Positions 31,862-41,567 of a stretch of DNA of 64,000 bases are shown in pieces; the first letter of the stretch is position 1, and each line of letters begins with the position of its first letter. A model generated the notes under the pieces. The model was not told where the DNA came from. It did not search any database and saw only the letters and a program-made list of their open reading frames with translations. A program made the translations under genes and the position numbers. Source of the DNA: Planktothrix sp. FACHB-1365 (GTDB lineage: Bacteria; Cyanobacteriota; Cyanobacteriia; Cyanobacteriales; Microcoleaceae); NCBI RefSeq assembly GCF_014697575.1, contig NZ_JACJSC010000008.1, positions 93,075 to 157,074 of the forward strand, in the 5' to 3' direction.

Positions 31862-32173
31862 ATGGATAGTCCTGAAACCGCCAGTGGAGTTATTCGCCTC
31901 AAACCCCAACAATACATCCATATTCTCGATACCAATACCGGGGTCACTCGCTTAGAAGTTGGCCCCCAAACCATTACGCTTCGGGATCATGATCGCCTTG
32001 CCTTACGTCCAGAGTCCATGATCGTTGTCCCCCCTCGCTATTATTGCATCATTACTAATCCGGTTTTGCGAGATGAAGACGGTCAACCCTTGGCGGATCA
32101 ACATGGTCAAATTCGGCTCCGCTATCAAGCTAATTCCATGACGACATCAATTGTATGTCCTAACACTTCATAA
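31862..32173 (+). pseudogene. Truncated major-vault-protein (MVP)-like gene: only the N-terminal ~100 codons (first vault repeat) remain
   Basis: MDSPETASGVIRLKPQQYIHILDTNTGVTRLEVGPQTITLRDHDRLALRPESMIVVPPRYYCIITNPVLRDEDGQPLADQHGQIRLRYQ aligns with vertebrate MVP [86 protein letters not shown] (~45% identity, no gaps). Homology stops at codon ~100 (nt ~32128), exactly at the stop codon of the convergent HD-GYP gene. Confidence 0.6.
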
Positions 32174-33768
32174 ACTTTTCGTTGTTTAAAGAGTTCTAAA
32201 CAATCAGCATTAATTTTATTGTTGGCGGCTTCTTGTTGTAAGATTTTTAAAGCTGTTACAGTAGGTAATCCGCTTTTATAAGGGCGATCGCCGGCTGTTA
32301 GGGCATCATAAATATCTGCAATAGTAATAATTTGAGCTTGGATGGGAATTTCGGGGAATTTTAATCCCAAAGGATATCCGGTTCCATCCAGTTTTTCATG
32401 ATGTCGATAAGCAATTGTGGGAATATTTTTTAAGTCATTTGTCCAGGGAATTTGCTTTAAGAATTCATAAGTATAACTAACATGGGATTCAATCTTTTCT
32501 CGTTCTTCTGGGGTTAAATTTCCTCGTTCTACTAACAGTTGATTAATTTCTTCTGAAGTTAATAAAGGTTTTATTTGTCCATCTAAATCTCGATAGGTCA
32601 TTTGAGCCAGTTCCCGCAGATGGTTTAAGGGATCTTCTGCTAAAACTCTGGGTTCATTTGCTTCTAACAAAACGGCCCAATATTGGCTTAATTTAGCAAT
32701 TGATTCTGATAATTTTGTATCTAATTCTGGGATAGATTTACAAAATTGACATTCCGTTTCTGGGGATAATTTATGGGCGGAATGCTGCAACAAATGTTCG
32801 TATTTAGTTTGGGTACATTCTAATTCTAAGGTGCGTTGTGCTAAGGCAAATCGATGACGGATAACCTCTAATTGCAGCGAATAAAGTTTTTTCGGTTTGG
32901 TTAAAATTGCTTCAGGAACACCCACTTTCCCAAAATCATGTAATAATGCAGCATAGCGAAGTTCTTGAAGTTGACGTTCACTAAAACAAAAAGGTGCTAA
33001 GGAACCTGAATTAACCGTATTAACTTCTTGACTTAAACGAACTGCTAATTCTGCCACTCGTTCTGAGTGACCAAAGGTACAAGGATCACGAGCTTCAATC
33101 ACTTGTACAGATGTGCGAACAAACCCCTCAAATAGATGTTCAATACTTTCTTGTAAGTGATTTCGTTCAATGGAAATAGCGGCTTGGGAGGCGAGCGATC
33201 GCAAAATTCGCTCTTCCCAAATCGAATAAGGTTGGGTCATTTCTACTGCATTTTCAGCCGTAATTGCTACATCCGGGTTGATTTTGCGGTTAATGAGTTG
33301 TAGAACCCCAATCACTTCTCCTTTGCGATTTTGCATCGGAACCACTAATACCGAACGAGTCCGATAACTAATATTTTCATCAAAACTACGATCCAGTTGA
33401 TAGGGTTCATGTTCTGGTAAATTATAGGCATCGGGAATATTTAATGAAACGGATTTTAACGCCACATATCCAGCTAAACTTCGAGGAGTTAAAGGAATGG
33501 CAAATTCTTTAAAGGATAAATTGGGTAAAGACGCATTTTGGGCAACTTTAAACAGCAATTTGGGGTTGTTATCACTGTTATCGATGAGATAGACACTTCC
33601 CGCATCACTCCAAGTAATTTCCCGACTTTTTGTTAATATTAAATTCAGCAGGGTACTTAACTCTTGAGTTCCAGATAGAGCCGTACCAATATCAAGCAGT
33701 TTCTCAATGAGTTCGGCTTGCTCATCGAAGTTATGGAACAATTCGGGTTTCTCAAAAATTATTTTCAT
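32125..33768 (-). CDS. GAF-domain / HD-GYP-domain protein (probable cyclic-di-GMP phosphodiesterase)
   Basis: HD-GYP signature LLHDFGKVGVPEAIL ... HHEKLDGTGYPLGL. The N-terminal ~200 aa are GAF-like (LSGTQELSTLLNLIL...AGSVYLID...VPMQNRKGEVIGVLQLINR). Confidence 0.8.
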   Translation of the reverse strand: MKIIFEKPELFHNFDEQAELIEKLLDIGTALSGTQELSTLLNLILTKSREITWSDAGSVYLIDNSDNNPKLLFKVAQNASLPNLSFKEFAIPLTPRSLAGYVALKSVSLNIPDAYNLPEHEPYQLDRSFDENISYRTRSVLVVPMQNRKGEVIGVLQLINRKINPDVAITAENAVEMTQPYSIWEERILRSLASQAAISIERNHLQESIEHLFEGFVRTSVQVIEARDPCTFGHSERVAELAVRLSQEVNTVNSGSLAPFCFSERQLQELRYAALLHDFGKVGVPEAILTKPKKLYSLQLEVIRHRFALAQRTLELECTQTKYEHLLQHSAHKLSPETECQFCKSIPELDTKLSESIAKLSQYWAVLLEANEPRVLAEDPLNHLRELAQMTYRDLDGQIKPLLTSEEINQLLVERGNLTPEEREKIESHVSYTYEFLKQIPWTNDLKNIPTIAYRHHEKLDGTGYPLGLKFPEIPIQAQIITIADIYDALTAGDRPYKSGLPTVTALKILQQEAANNKINADCLELFKQRKVYEVLGHTIDVVMELA

Positions 33769-33868
33769 TCGACACTTTCACTCCACTTCCCTCGAACTAT
33801 TAATACGGTGAAATTTAGTTACTCTATCCTAAAGTTATTCAGAAAAAAAATCAGCACTGATGTTATGA

Positions 33869-34150
33869 TTAACCCAGTGCTGAAATTTGTTGAGCTAAAG
33901 CAAAATCTTTCTCGGTTAACCCCCCAGCGTCATGAGTTGTTAGACTAATGGTGACTTTATTATAAGAAATCTCTAAATCGGGGTGATGTCCAGCAACTTC
34001 TGAAGGTTCGACTAACTTGTTTACAAATTCAATCGCTTCAATAAAATTTTTAAATCGTTTGACTAATTTTAAATAGTTTCCCTCCACTGTCCAAGCTGGA
34101 ACTTGCTGGGAAAGGCGTTGAATTTCGCTATTACTGAGTCGTCCTACCAT
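33869..34150 (-). CDS. Pterin-4a-carbinolamine dehydratase (PCD/DCoH)
   Basis: 93 aa with W..E...L...F.F..F..A..F.N.V...AE...HHPD (EVAGHHPDLEISYNKVTISLTTHDAGGLT), the canonical PCD motif. Confidence 0.88.
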   Translation of the reverse strand: MVGRLSNSEIQRLSQQVPAWTVEGNYLKLVKRFKNFIEAIEFVNKLVEPSEVAGHHPDLEISYNKVTISLTTHDAGGLTEKDFALAQQISALG

Positions 34151-34644
34151 GGGCTACTTTAAAATGATAATAAATGTAGGATTAAAATAACTATCCGCTC
34201 TCACCCAGAGTTTGTGTTAGCAGTTGCCTTCACAATAGGGTAAGAGCGGTCTAGCGGGTCTCCTGGATTAGAACCTGACTGCCGGAAGATCATTTAGTAT
34301 GAGTCCGGTTATCTAGGTCAGCGAGTGTCCTGAATGAACACAAACTTTAGACTAGATGACAGCCCCGGCGCACAGTCGGCATTTTCCAATCCGGTGACCC
34401 ATGGGTTTACTACTTTCAATCATGGGCATCACCTCCTTGGCTCCCTAAACGGTTTAATGCGTTCAGTGTTTACGCTTTTTAAGATAACACAGGATTTTAA
34501 AATTGTGTGTTCCCCAGATGTTAAGAAAATCAAATATTTTACATCGATAAAATTAAGATTTTGCAATCTATCTACAGGAAGAGGGAACAGAAGGGAAAAG
34601 AAAATAGGGAATAGGGGGTGAGAAACAGTGATGAGTTATCTTGC

Positions 34645-35184
34645 TTAACCCTGTTGTTCCAACTCGGCTAAATTCAGGTTTTCATAACATTCAAAGGGTT
34701 GATGAATCCAAGGGTTATCCGCTAGATAATCAACAAAATAATCGGGAGTCATTACTGAACAACTTTTATACCAGAGAACGGCCGTTTTCATCTCTTGGAT
34801 TTGAGGATAACGAGATTGCAACCAACGGATAGATTCTTGTAAACTAATCCCAGAATCCACTAAATCATCCACTAATAAAACGTGACTTCCCAAGGTGTCC
34901 GTCGTCATGGTTAAGTGTTCAGCAATTTTGATCGCGCCTCGAACTTTTCCCCCTGGCCCATGATAGGATGATGTTGCTAAAATCGCCATCGGTTGTTCAA
35001 AAATCCGAGACAGAATATCCCCGACTCGTAACCCTCCCCTCGCTAAACAGACAATTTGATTAAATTGCCATTGAGACTGATAAATTTTGATGGCTAAGGT
35101 TTCAATTTTGTGGTGGTATTCCGTCGCTGAAATATACAAATCGCTCATACTGGGTAATGGTTCAACACACAAAGGATTGTTCAA
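34645..35184 (-). CDS. Phosphoribosyltransferase, xanthine-guanine PRTase (Gpt)-like
   Basis: PRPP-binding motif VLLVDDLVDSGISL. Overall parallel to E. coli Gpt (ISSY..., VIDDLVDTG, WIEQPW vs WIHQPF). Confidence 0.7.
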   Translation of the reverse strand: MNNPLCVEPLPSMSDLYISATEYHHKIETLAIKIYQSQWQFNQIVCLARGGLRVGDILSRIFEQPMAILATSSYHGPGGKVRGAIKIAEHLTMTTDTLGSHVLLVDDLVDSGISLQESIRWLQSRYPQIQEMKTAVLWYKSCSVMTPDYFVDYLADNPWIHQPFECYENLNLAELEQQG

Positions 35185-35198
35185 ATCATATCAAAGAC

Positions 35199-38100
35199 TT
35201 AGGACATTTTAGATAAACAGCGTTCTAAATAAATTTGAGCCACTTTATCCATCGGAAGATAATGTAGACATTCTTGGAATAATCTAGCAGCCTCGGAGTA
35301 ACGTTCTAAATAATATTGCATTAATCCATATTCAAAGGTGGTTTTTGTCCGAAGTTTTCCGGCTTTTATTTCCGGCAAATCTGAATCAAATACTTCATAT
35401 ACCGTTACCGCATCGGATTTTCCTTTGACTTTGACTCGATCAATAATCCGAATTGCATACTCGTTGGCATTTCCTAAAGCCATAAAAGTAGGATGGGTAA
35501 TTAATAAAGACACCCCATAATTTTTTGTTAAATTTTCAATGCGAGAAGCTACATTAACAGAATCACTAATCACTGTACTATCCAGTCGATTTTTACCCCC
35601 CACAATTCCTAACATTAATCCTCCGGTATTAATACCAATTCCAATTTTAATCGGGGGACGTTCGGGGCGTTGTCGGGTTTCATTATACTCATTCAGTCGG
35701 CTAATCATTGAAATCCCAGCCCGAACTGCATCATCAGCAGACCCGCCAAATAATGCCATAATTTCATCCCCAATATATTTATCAATAAAACCATAATTTT
35801 CGACGATGGCAGGTTCCATGCGACTTAAAAACGCATTAATAAATTTAAAATTATCTTCAGGAGTCATCCCTTCAGAAAGGCTGGTAAAGTCCCGAATATC
35901 AGCAAATAAAATCGACATTTCCTTTTGAACTGCCGCCCCTAACTGAACTTCTACAATACTTTCATAACCTAAAAAAGATAAAAATTCATGGGGAACGAAT
36001 CGCGCCGCCGCATCCGTTAGTTCAAATTCCGAATCTAACGCTTCATCTAAATGATGATTCAATTCTGAAAGTTTTGCCATAAATTGTAAGCGTTCTTCTT
36101 CGGCAGTTTTTCGTTCCGTAATATCAACGACAAACCCTTCATAATACAGTAATTCATTCTGATCATTAAAGACAGCCCGTGCATTTTCTGAAATCCAAAT
36201 AATGCTACCATCTTTGCGGTAGGCTTTAAATTCAAATCCTGAAACTTCCCCTTGTTGATCAATTAATTGTATAAAATCTAATCGGCGTTGAGAATCTACA
36301 TAAATTTGTTCTTCAACATTCATCACCGTTGACATTAAATCCCAAGGAGAATCATAACCTAAAATCTTCGCTAAGGCAGGATTTGCACTGATATAATGCC
36401 CCTCCCTGGTGGTTTGAAATAAGCCTTCACTGGCATTTTCAAATATACTGCGATATTTTTCTTCGGCTTGTCTTAAAGCCAGTTCTGTTTGCTGACGTTT
36501 TGTGATATCTTGAAACGCCAGAATCGCATACATTAAATCCCCCTCTTCATCATAAGTCGGTGTTACCCAATTTTCAAGCAATATCGTTTGTTCTCCTTGA
36601 TTCACTTCTAAAAGAAACGTGGTATCGGGTGTAGGATTATATAAATCACAATAAGGTGTTAATTGATCAAATTGATGCTGTTGACACCAATTAAGATAAG
36701 CTTGATAAATATTAGATAAAGCTTCACAAAATAATCCAGGAGTGACTTTAGTTTTGAGCAATTGTTGAGCTTTTTGATTGGTAAAATAGGGTTTACCCGT
36801 AGGGTCTAAAACAGCAACGCCAACCGGAATTCCTTCTAAGAATTGCGTCATCTGTTGTTCATTATTACGAACTTGAGAATAAAGTTTAGCATTATCAATG
36901 GAAATCGCGGCTTGAGAAAACAGAATTTTGAGGACTTCTAATCGTTCTGGAGTAAACACTGCGGTTGCTAAGTTATTTTCAAGGTATAGAATTCCAATCA
37001 ATTTTCCTCGATTTTGAATGGGAGTCATGAGGATTGATTTGGATTGATGTTCTATTAAATAAGGATCATTACGATACCGAGATTCTTGACGAGCATCTGC
37101 TAAAATTAGAAACTCTTGGGTTTGAATCACGGTATTCAGAATTAACAAAGGTAAAACATTACTCTGTTCTACAGAAACAGATTTTAATAAGGATTCAATC
37201 TCAATAGACCCTCCTTTCGTCGGGTTTAAACTGGCTATTGCTTCTATCGCTAATTTTCCCGATTTAGATAAAAGAATACAACATTTTTCGGCTCCTGCGT
37301 TTTCAATTACCACTTGAATTAATCGTTTCAAAAGTTGTTCTAAATCGATTTCTTGAGATAAAGCTTGAGAAGCTTTTGTTACCGTTGCTAAATCGAGAGC
37401 AGCCGAACCTCCATGACTACTAGAAATAATGGTTTCTGTCGTATTATTACTGATTGTTGTGCCTGTTGTGGGAATAACAAGTTGTGATAAAATAGAATGT
37501 AAAAGTTGAGGATAACGAGATTCTAAATCTTTGACTTTTGCCAAAGCACCCCAATGAGCATAACTATAATAGGCATCAATTAAATAAACCCTGGCTATTT
37601 TTTCTTTCCCCCAATCTAAATAAAATTTAGCCGCTAATTCCTCTGCTAACGCTTCTTCTTGAATAAATTGATAGGTTTTAGCCAAAGTAATCGCTTGTTC
37701 ATAGGCTTCAATGGCTTTAATATAATCTCCTTGAATGTGGTTAAATTCGGCCTCCACCAAATAAAATAGATGGGAAAAGTTCATCGGAGTCCCCTGAGAA
37801 AAAGCTTTTAATTTTTCTTGATTTTGAGTTACTTTTTCTAAAATTTTAACTTGGTCTTCTGGCGATAACTCCGGGTAGATTGCTAAATTAATTAAAGATT
37901 GATAACAATAAAAAAACGGTTGTAAAACAAAATAGGTGTCTTGGTTTAAATAGTATTCAGCTTGCTGAGACCATTCCTTCGCCTGCTGTAATTGATCTAA
38001 TCTATAATTCAGAACCATGAAATTTAAACTAAGTTCAAAAGAAATTTCCTGGGTCGAATATCCAATTTCAGTCGTTCCTATTGTGCCGTTTTCAGCATGA

Positions 38101-41100
38101 CCTGTAAAATTTAATGAGGTGTCTCCCTCTAATTTTCCATTTAAAATTTGCAAGCTTTGATAATAGGTGGTCAAAATTAATAGTTCTGACGGAGGTTTAA
38201 AATTTTGTAATTGATTTAAACACTGACTCAATTCAAACTCCAATTCAGAGACATCGTTTCCCGTGAAATAAGCGATTTCAAGATAAGCTTGAGCGAGACA
38301 ATAAGCTTCATCAATTTTCCCAGCTTCTTGAGCTTGTAAATAGCAAGTTTTGAGGGGAGATAAAACCTGCTTTAAGGAAGTTTTCCAAGGTTTAATAAAC
38401 CGATAAACCAGTTGTTTAACTTTGATAATTAATGCGGAATTTGCTTGTTTTTGCGATAATTCTAAAGCTAATTCTCCCATTTGATTCCCGAACTCAATTT
38501 CCCCTTGGGTACAAAGAATAAATCCAAAGACAGCATAGACAAAACTTGATAACGTTGTATTTCCTTGTTGATACGATAAATGAATCAGTTTTAAAACCCA
38601 AAATGGGAATTGTTCGGGAATTACCCGATAAGCGGAAGGAAAAGCAGAGGTTAAAATTGTAAATAAATTTACTAAATTAGTATCGGATAATTCCGGTAAA
38701 TCTAATAACGCTAAGGGTGTTCTTCCCCCTAAATCATTCATAAAATTATGCTTAAATTTTTGCCAACTTTCTTGACTAAAATTATCACCCCAGGTAAACC
38801 CTAATTGTTGACAAACAGCTAACGCAAGATTGACCGCATTGTCATCTTGATTTTGAATTCTATAAGCTTGAATCATTAACTCATAAATTCTGACTTTATG
38901 TCCTAATGTTTGAGCATTTTCTAAAACAATATTTCCCCACTTCTGTAAATTTTCCCAATCTTGACTAAGATAAGCAATTTCTGCTGCTTCTGTGTATAAT
39001 TCTAAGGTTAATTGATAGTCTCGTTCCCAACTCTCCGTTGTCAATAGCCCCAGACCAATTGCTAAATGTCCAATGGCTGTCGGATAGGCGGTGGCAATTT
39101 TGGCTTTTCGTCCGGCTATTAAATTAAATAAGGCTAATTGATCTCGTTCTTTTTGATCCTGAATTAAGCCGACTCCTAAATTAAGTTGATTAATGATATT
39201 TAATAAAACTTCGGTTGAAATTTTATTTAAAATCATCTTAATGGATTGATTAAAATATTGTTTTTTAATTTGATTTAAAAGGGAATTTCCGATTTTCAAA
39301 TGGGTCGCTTGTCGTTGATGAGTGGGAATTAAAAGATAAGCAGCTTGTTGAACCCGGTCATGAATAAATTGGTATTTATCAATACCGGGTTGTAACAACG
39401 GTAAGGTTTCATTCGGATCAAAGTGTGAAGGGTAAGATACTTCAGTTTCTAAGGAATAAAAGGGATAAATATCTCTAGCAATAACAATAAATTGAGCCTG
39501 TAAAGCAATTTCTAAAGCTTTTAATGTTTCTAAATAAGTTTTTTGAGTTGCGGTGGCTAAATCTACTGCATTAAATTGATTTCCTAAACAAGCCGCAATT
39601 TTTAAAATTTCTTGGGTGTTTGGCGGTAATTGTTGTAATTGATGAAGAATTAAATCTAAAATATTAGAGTTAATAGAACGGGTTTTAATTTGAGTTAAAT
39701 TACATTGCCAACCTCCGAATAAATTTCGATTTTTCAACGAAGATTGAGGCGGATTAAACCAAATTAGTTTTTCTGTATATAAGGATTGGAGAAATTGACG
39801 AACAAAAAAAGGATTTCCTTGAGTTTTTTGACTGACTAATTCTGCCAAAGGTTTAGCCCGGTCTAAGGAACAAACTAATGTTTCTGCTATTAGTTGATTA
39901 ATGGCAGAATCTTCTAAAGCATTTAAAGGAATTCGATGTAAGGGAATTCCTGAATTTTCTAAGGTTTCTAAGATTTTAATTAAAGGATGTGTTTCCCCGA
40001 TCTCGTCATCCCGATACGCTAAAATTAGCACTAAGGTTGGAGGTGTAGAATAAATATTTTGTTCAGGACTCATCAAAACCTGAATTAATCGTAAGGATTC
40101 AACATCAGCCCATTGTAAATCATCTAAAAAAATGACTAAGGGATGATGAGGTTGGGCAAAAGTTTGAATGAGCTTTTGAATTAAGCGATTAAACTGATTC
40201 AGGTCAATTTTGACCTCTAATTCAGTCAGGGAAGACTGTTGATTTAATAAAACTTTCAGTTCAGGAATAACAGCCATTAAAACCGGGGCTTGATCTCCGA
40301 GTCCATTTAAAAGTTTCTTTTTCCAAGCTTCTACCTGTTCCAAAGGTTCAGTTAACACTTGTTGAATTAATTGTTTAATTCCTTGTACCCACCCCCAGAA
40401 AGGCGTATTCGTTTTAAATTGATCAAATTTTCCGGTGATAAAATAACTGTGAATAAAGGTGACGCAAGGAGTTACGGGCAGAACTCCTGTTCGACAATAT
40501 GCCACGGTTTGATAGAATTCTTGAACGAGGGCGGACTTGCCTATTCCTGATTGACCTGTAATTACAATAATTTCTGATTGAGCCTTGTTTAAAATCGAGG
40601 TTAAACGCTTAATTTCTGGCTCTCGCCCATAAAATTTATTCGGAATAATAAATCGATCATTTAAGTCAATCGTCGCCAAAGGAAACGGAGGAATGTCCCC
40701 CAGTTTTTCCCATTGTTCTAAACAATTTTCTAAATCATAGCGCAGTCCTAATGGTGTTTGATAACGCTCGTCTGGATTTTTAGCCATCAATTTTAAGATA
40801 ATATTATTGAGCATTATCGGTAAGGTTGGTTTAATTTTGCTTAAAGGCTGAGGAAGCAGGGCTAAGTGAGCATGGATTAATTCTAGGGGATCGGAGGATG
40901 GAAACGGAAGTTTTCGAGTTAATAATTGATAAAGGGTTACTCCTAAAGAGTACAAATCTGTGCGATAATCAATACCCCAATGGGTTCGTCCGGTTTGTTC
41001 GGGAGACATATAAGCTAAAGTTCCTTCTAATCCTTGAGAATTAACAACTTCTTGATGGGAATGGTTGAGTTGAATAGAAATACTGAAGTCAATTAGTTGA

Positions 41101-41567
41101 ACCCTCAAAGTTTCCGGGTGAATTAAAATATTTTGCAGCTTAACATCTTTATGAATCACCCGATGTTGATACAATTGTTCTAAAATTTGAGTAATTTCAA
41201 TGGCAATTTTTAATAATTCACTGAGGGTTAGTTCTCGCTGTACCAAATAATCGGCTAGGGAAATATAGCCTTGATCAGCCATAATCAAGGCAAACCCATT
41301 ACAATAGGGTTCTAAATCCAGAATCGGAACAATACCGGATATATTAAGAGCTTTGGCGATGCGATATTGATTTCTAAATTCAATCAAAGAAGGTACGGTT
41401 GGATATTCACTGCGTAATAGTTTAATCACAACCGGGTAATTATCAGATAAACGAATCCCACGATAAACCAGTGTTCTCGAACCATTATAAATCGGGTTAA
41501 GAATCTGATAGCCAGGTAGGGTGATCATAGCGGGGTTTTTGTTTATCGAAGCGGGGAAGGGTGTCAT
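35199..41567 (-). CDS. 2122-aa multidomain signalling protein: Ser/Thr protein kinase - AAA/NB-ARC-like ATPase - TPR array - GAF (x2) - PAS - class III adenylate/guanylate cyclase
   Basis: Kinase: HKDVKLQNILI catalytic loop, LIDFSIS (DFG variant), GTLAYMSPEQ. P-loop VITGQSGIGKS with hhhhDD (FLDDLQWAD). Long helical TPR-like middle. PAS (QTTREGHYISANPALAKILGY). Cyclase FADIRDFTSLSE ... KYIGDEIMALFG ... VNVASRIE. Confidence 0.85.
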   Translation of the reverse strand: MTPFPASINKNPAMITLPGYQILNPIYNGSRTLVYRGIRLSDNYPVVIKLLRSEYPTVPSLIEFRNQYRIAKALNISGIVPILDLEPYCNGFALIMADQGYISLADYLVQRELTLSELLKIAIEITQILEQLYQHRVIHKDVKLQNILIHPETLRVQLIDFSISIQLNHSHQEVVNSQGLEGTLAYMSPEQTGRTHWGIDYRTDLYSLGVTLYQLLTRKLPFPSSDPLELIHAHLALLPQPLSKIKPTLPIMLNNIILKLMAKNPDERYQTPLGLRYDLENCLEQWEKLGDIPPFPLATIDLNDRFIIPNKFYGREPEIKRLTSILNKAQSEIIVITGQSGIGKSALVQEFYQTVAYCRTGVLPVTPCVTFIHSYFITGKFDQFKTNTPFWGWVQGIKQLIQQVLTEPLEQVEAWKKKLLNGLGDQAPVLMAVIPELKVLLNQQSSLTELEVKIDLNQFNRLIQKLIQTFAQPHHPLVIFLDDLQWADVESLRLIQVLMSPEQNIYSTPPTLVLILAYRDDEIGETHPLIKILETLENSGIPLHRIPLNALEDSAINQLIAETLVCSLDRAKPLAELVSQKTQGNPFFVRQFLQSLYTEKLIWFNPPQSSLKNRNLFGGWQCNLTQIKTRSINSNILDLILHQLQQLPPNTQEILKIAACLGNQFNAVDLATATQKTYLETLKALEIALQAQFIVIARDIYPFYSLETEVSYPSHFDPNETLPLLQPGIDKYQFIHDRVQQAAYLLIPTHQRQATHLKIGNSLLNQIKKQYFNQSIKMILNKISTEVLLNIINQLNLGVGLIQDQKERDQLALFNLIAGRKAKIATAYPTAIGHLAIGLGLLTTESWERDYQLTLELYTEAAEIAYLSQDWENLQKWGNIVLENAQTLGHKVRIYELMIQAYRIQNQDDNAVNLALAVCQQLGFTWGDNFSQESWQKFKHNFMNDLGGRTPLALLDLPELSDTNLVNLFTILTSAFPSAYRVIPEQFPFWVLKLIHLSYQQGNTTLSSFVYAVFGFILCTQGEIEFGNQMGELALELSQKQANSALIIKVKQLVYRFIKPWKTSLKQVLSPLKTCYLQAQEAGKIDEAYCLAQAYLEIAYFTGNDVSELEFELSQCLNQLQNFKPPSELLILTTYYQSLQILNGKLEGDTSLNFTGHAENGTIGTTEIGYSTQEISFELSLNFMVLNYRLDQLQQAKEWSQQAEYYLNQDTYFVLQPFFYCYQSLINLAIYPELSPEDQVKILEKVTQNQEKLKAFSQGTPMNFSHLFYLVEAEFNHIQGDYIKAIEAYEQAITLAKTYQFIQEEALAEELAAKFYLDWGKEKIARVYLIDAYYSYAHWGALAKVKDLESRYPQLLHSILSQLVIPTTGTTISNNTTETIISSSHGGSAALDLATVTKASQALSQEIDLEQLLKRLIQVVIENAGAEKCCILLSKSGKLAIEAIASLNPTKGGSIEIESLLKSVSVEQSNVLPLLILNTVIQTQEFLILADARQESRYRNDPYLIEHQSKSILMTPIQNRGKLIGILYLENNLATAVFTPERLEVLKILFSQAAISIDNAKLYSQVRNNEQQMTQFLEGIPVGVAVLDPTGKPYFTNQKAQQLLKTKVTPGLFCEALSNIYQAYLNWCQQHQFDQLTPYCDLYNPTPDTTFLLEVNQGEQTILLENWVTPTYDEEGDLMYAILAFQDITKRQQTELALRQAEEKYRSIFENASEGLFQTTREGHYISANPALAKILGYDSPWDLMSTVMNVEEQIYVDSQRRLDFIQLIDQQGEVSGFEFKAYRKDGSIIWISENARAVFNDQNELLYYEGFVVDITERKTAEEERLQFMAKLSELNHHLDEALDSEFELTDAAARFVPHEFLSFLGYESIVEVQLGAAVQKEMSILFADIRDFTSLSEGMTPEDNFKFINAFLSRMEPAIVENYGFIDKYIGDEIMALFGGSADDAVRAGISMISRLNEYNETRQRPERPPIKIGIGINTGGLMLGIVGGKNRLDSTVISDSVNVASRIENLTKNYGVSLLITHPTFMALGNANEYAIRIIDRVKVKGKSDAVTVYEVFDSDLPEIKAGKLRTKTTFEYGLMQYYLERYSEAARLFQECLHYLPMDKVAQIYLERCLSKMS

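Noticed and set aside
34334-34621. 95-aa ORF in the 34.15-34.64 kb intergenic interval
   Set aside because: It is low-complexity with a poly-basic C-terminus (GRGNRREKKIGNRG) and no start context. The interval is better explained as non-coding/structured.
34151-34644. RNase P RNA, tmRNA or tRNA in the structured intergenic interval
   Set aside because: None of the hallmark motifs is present on either strand: GNAAAGUCCGGGCUCC / ACAGAACCCGGCUUA for RNase P, a GGUUCGAUUCC-type T-arm with CCA acceptor end for tmRNA, or tRNA cloverleaf pairing.
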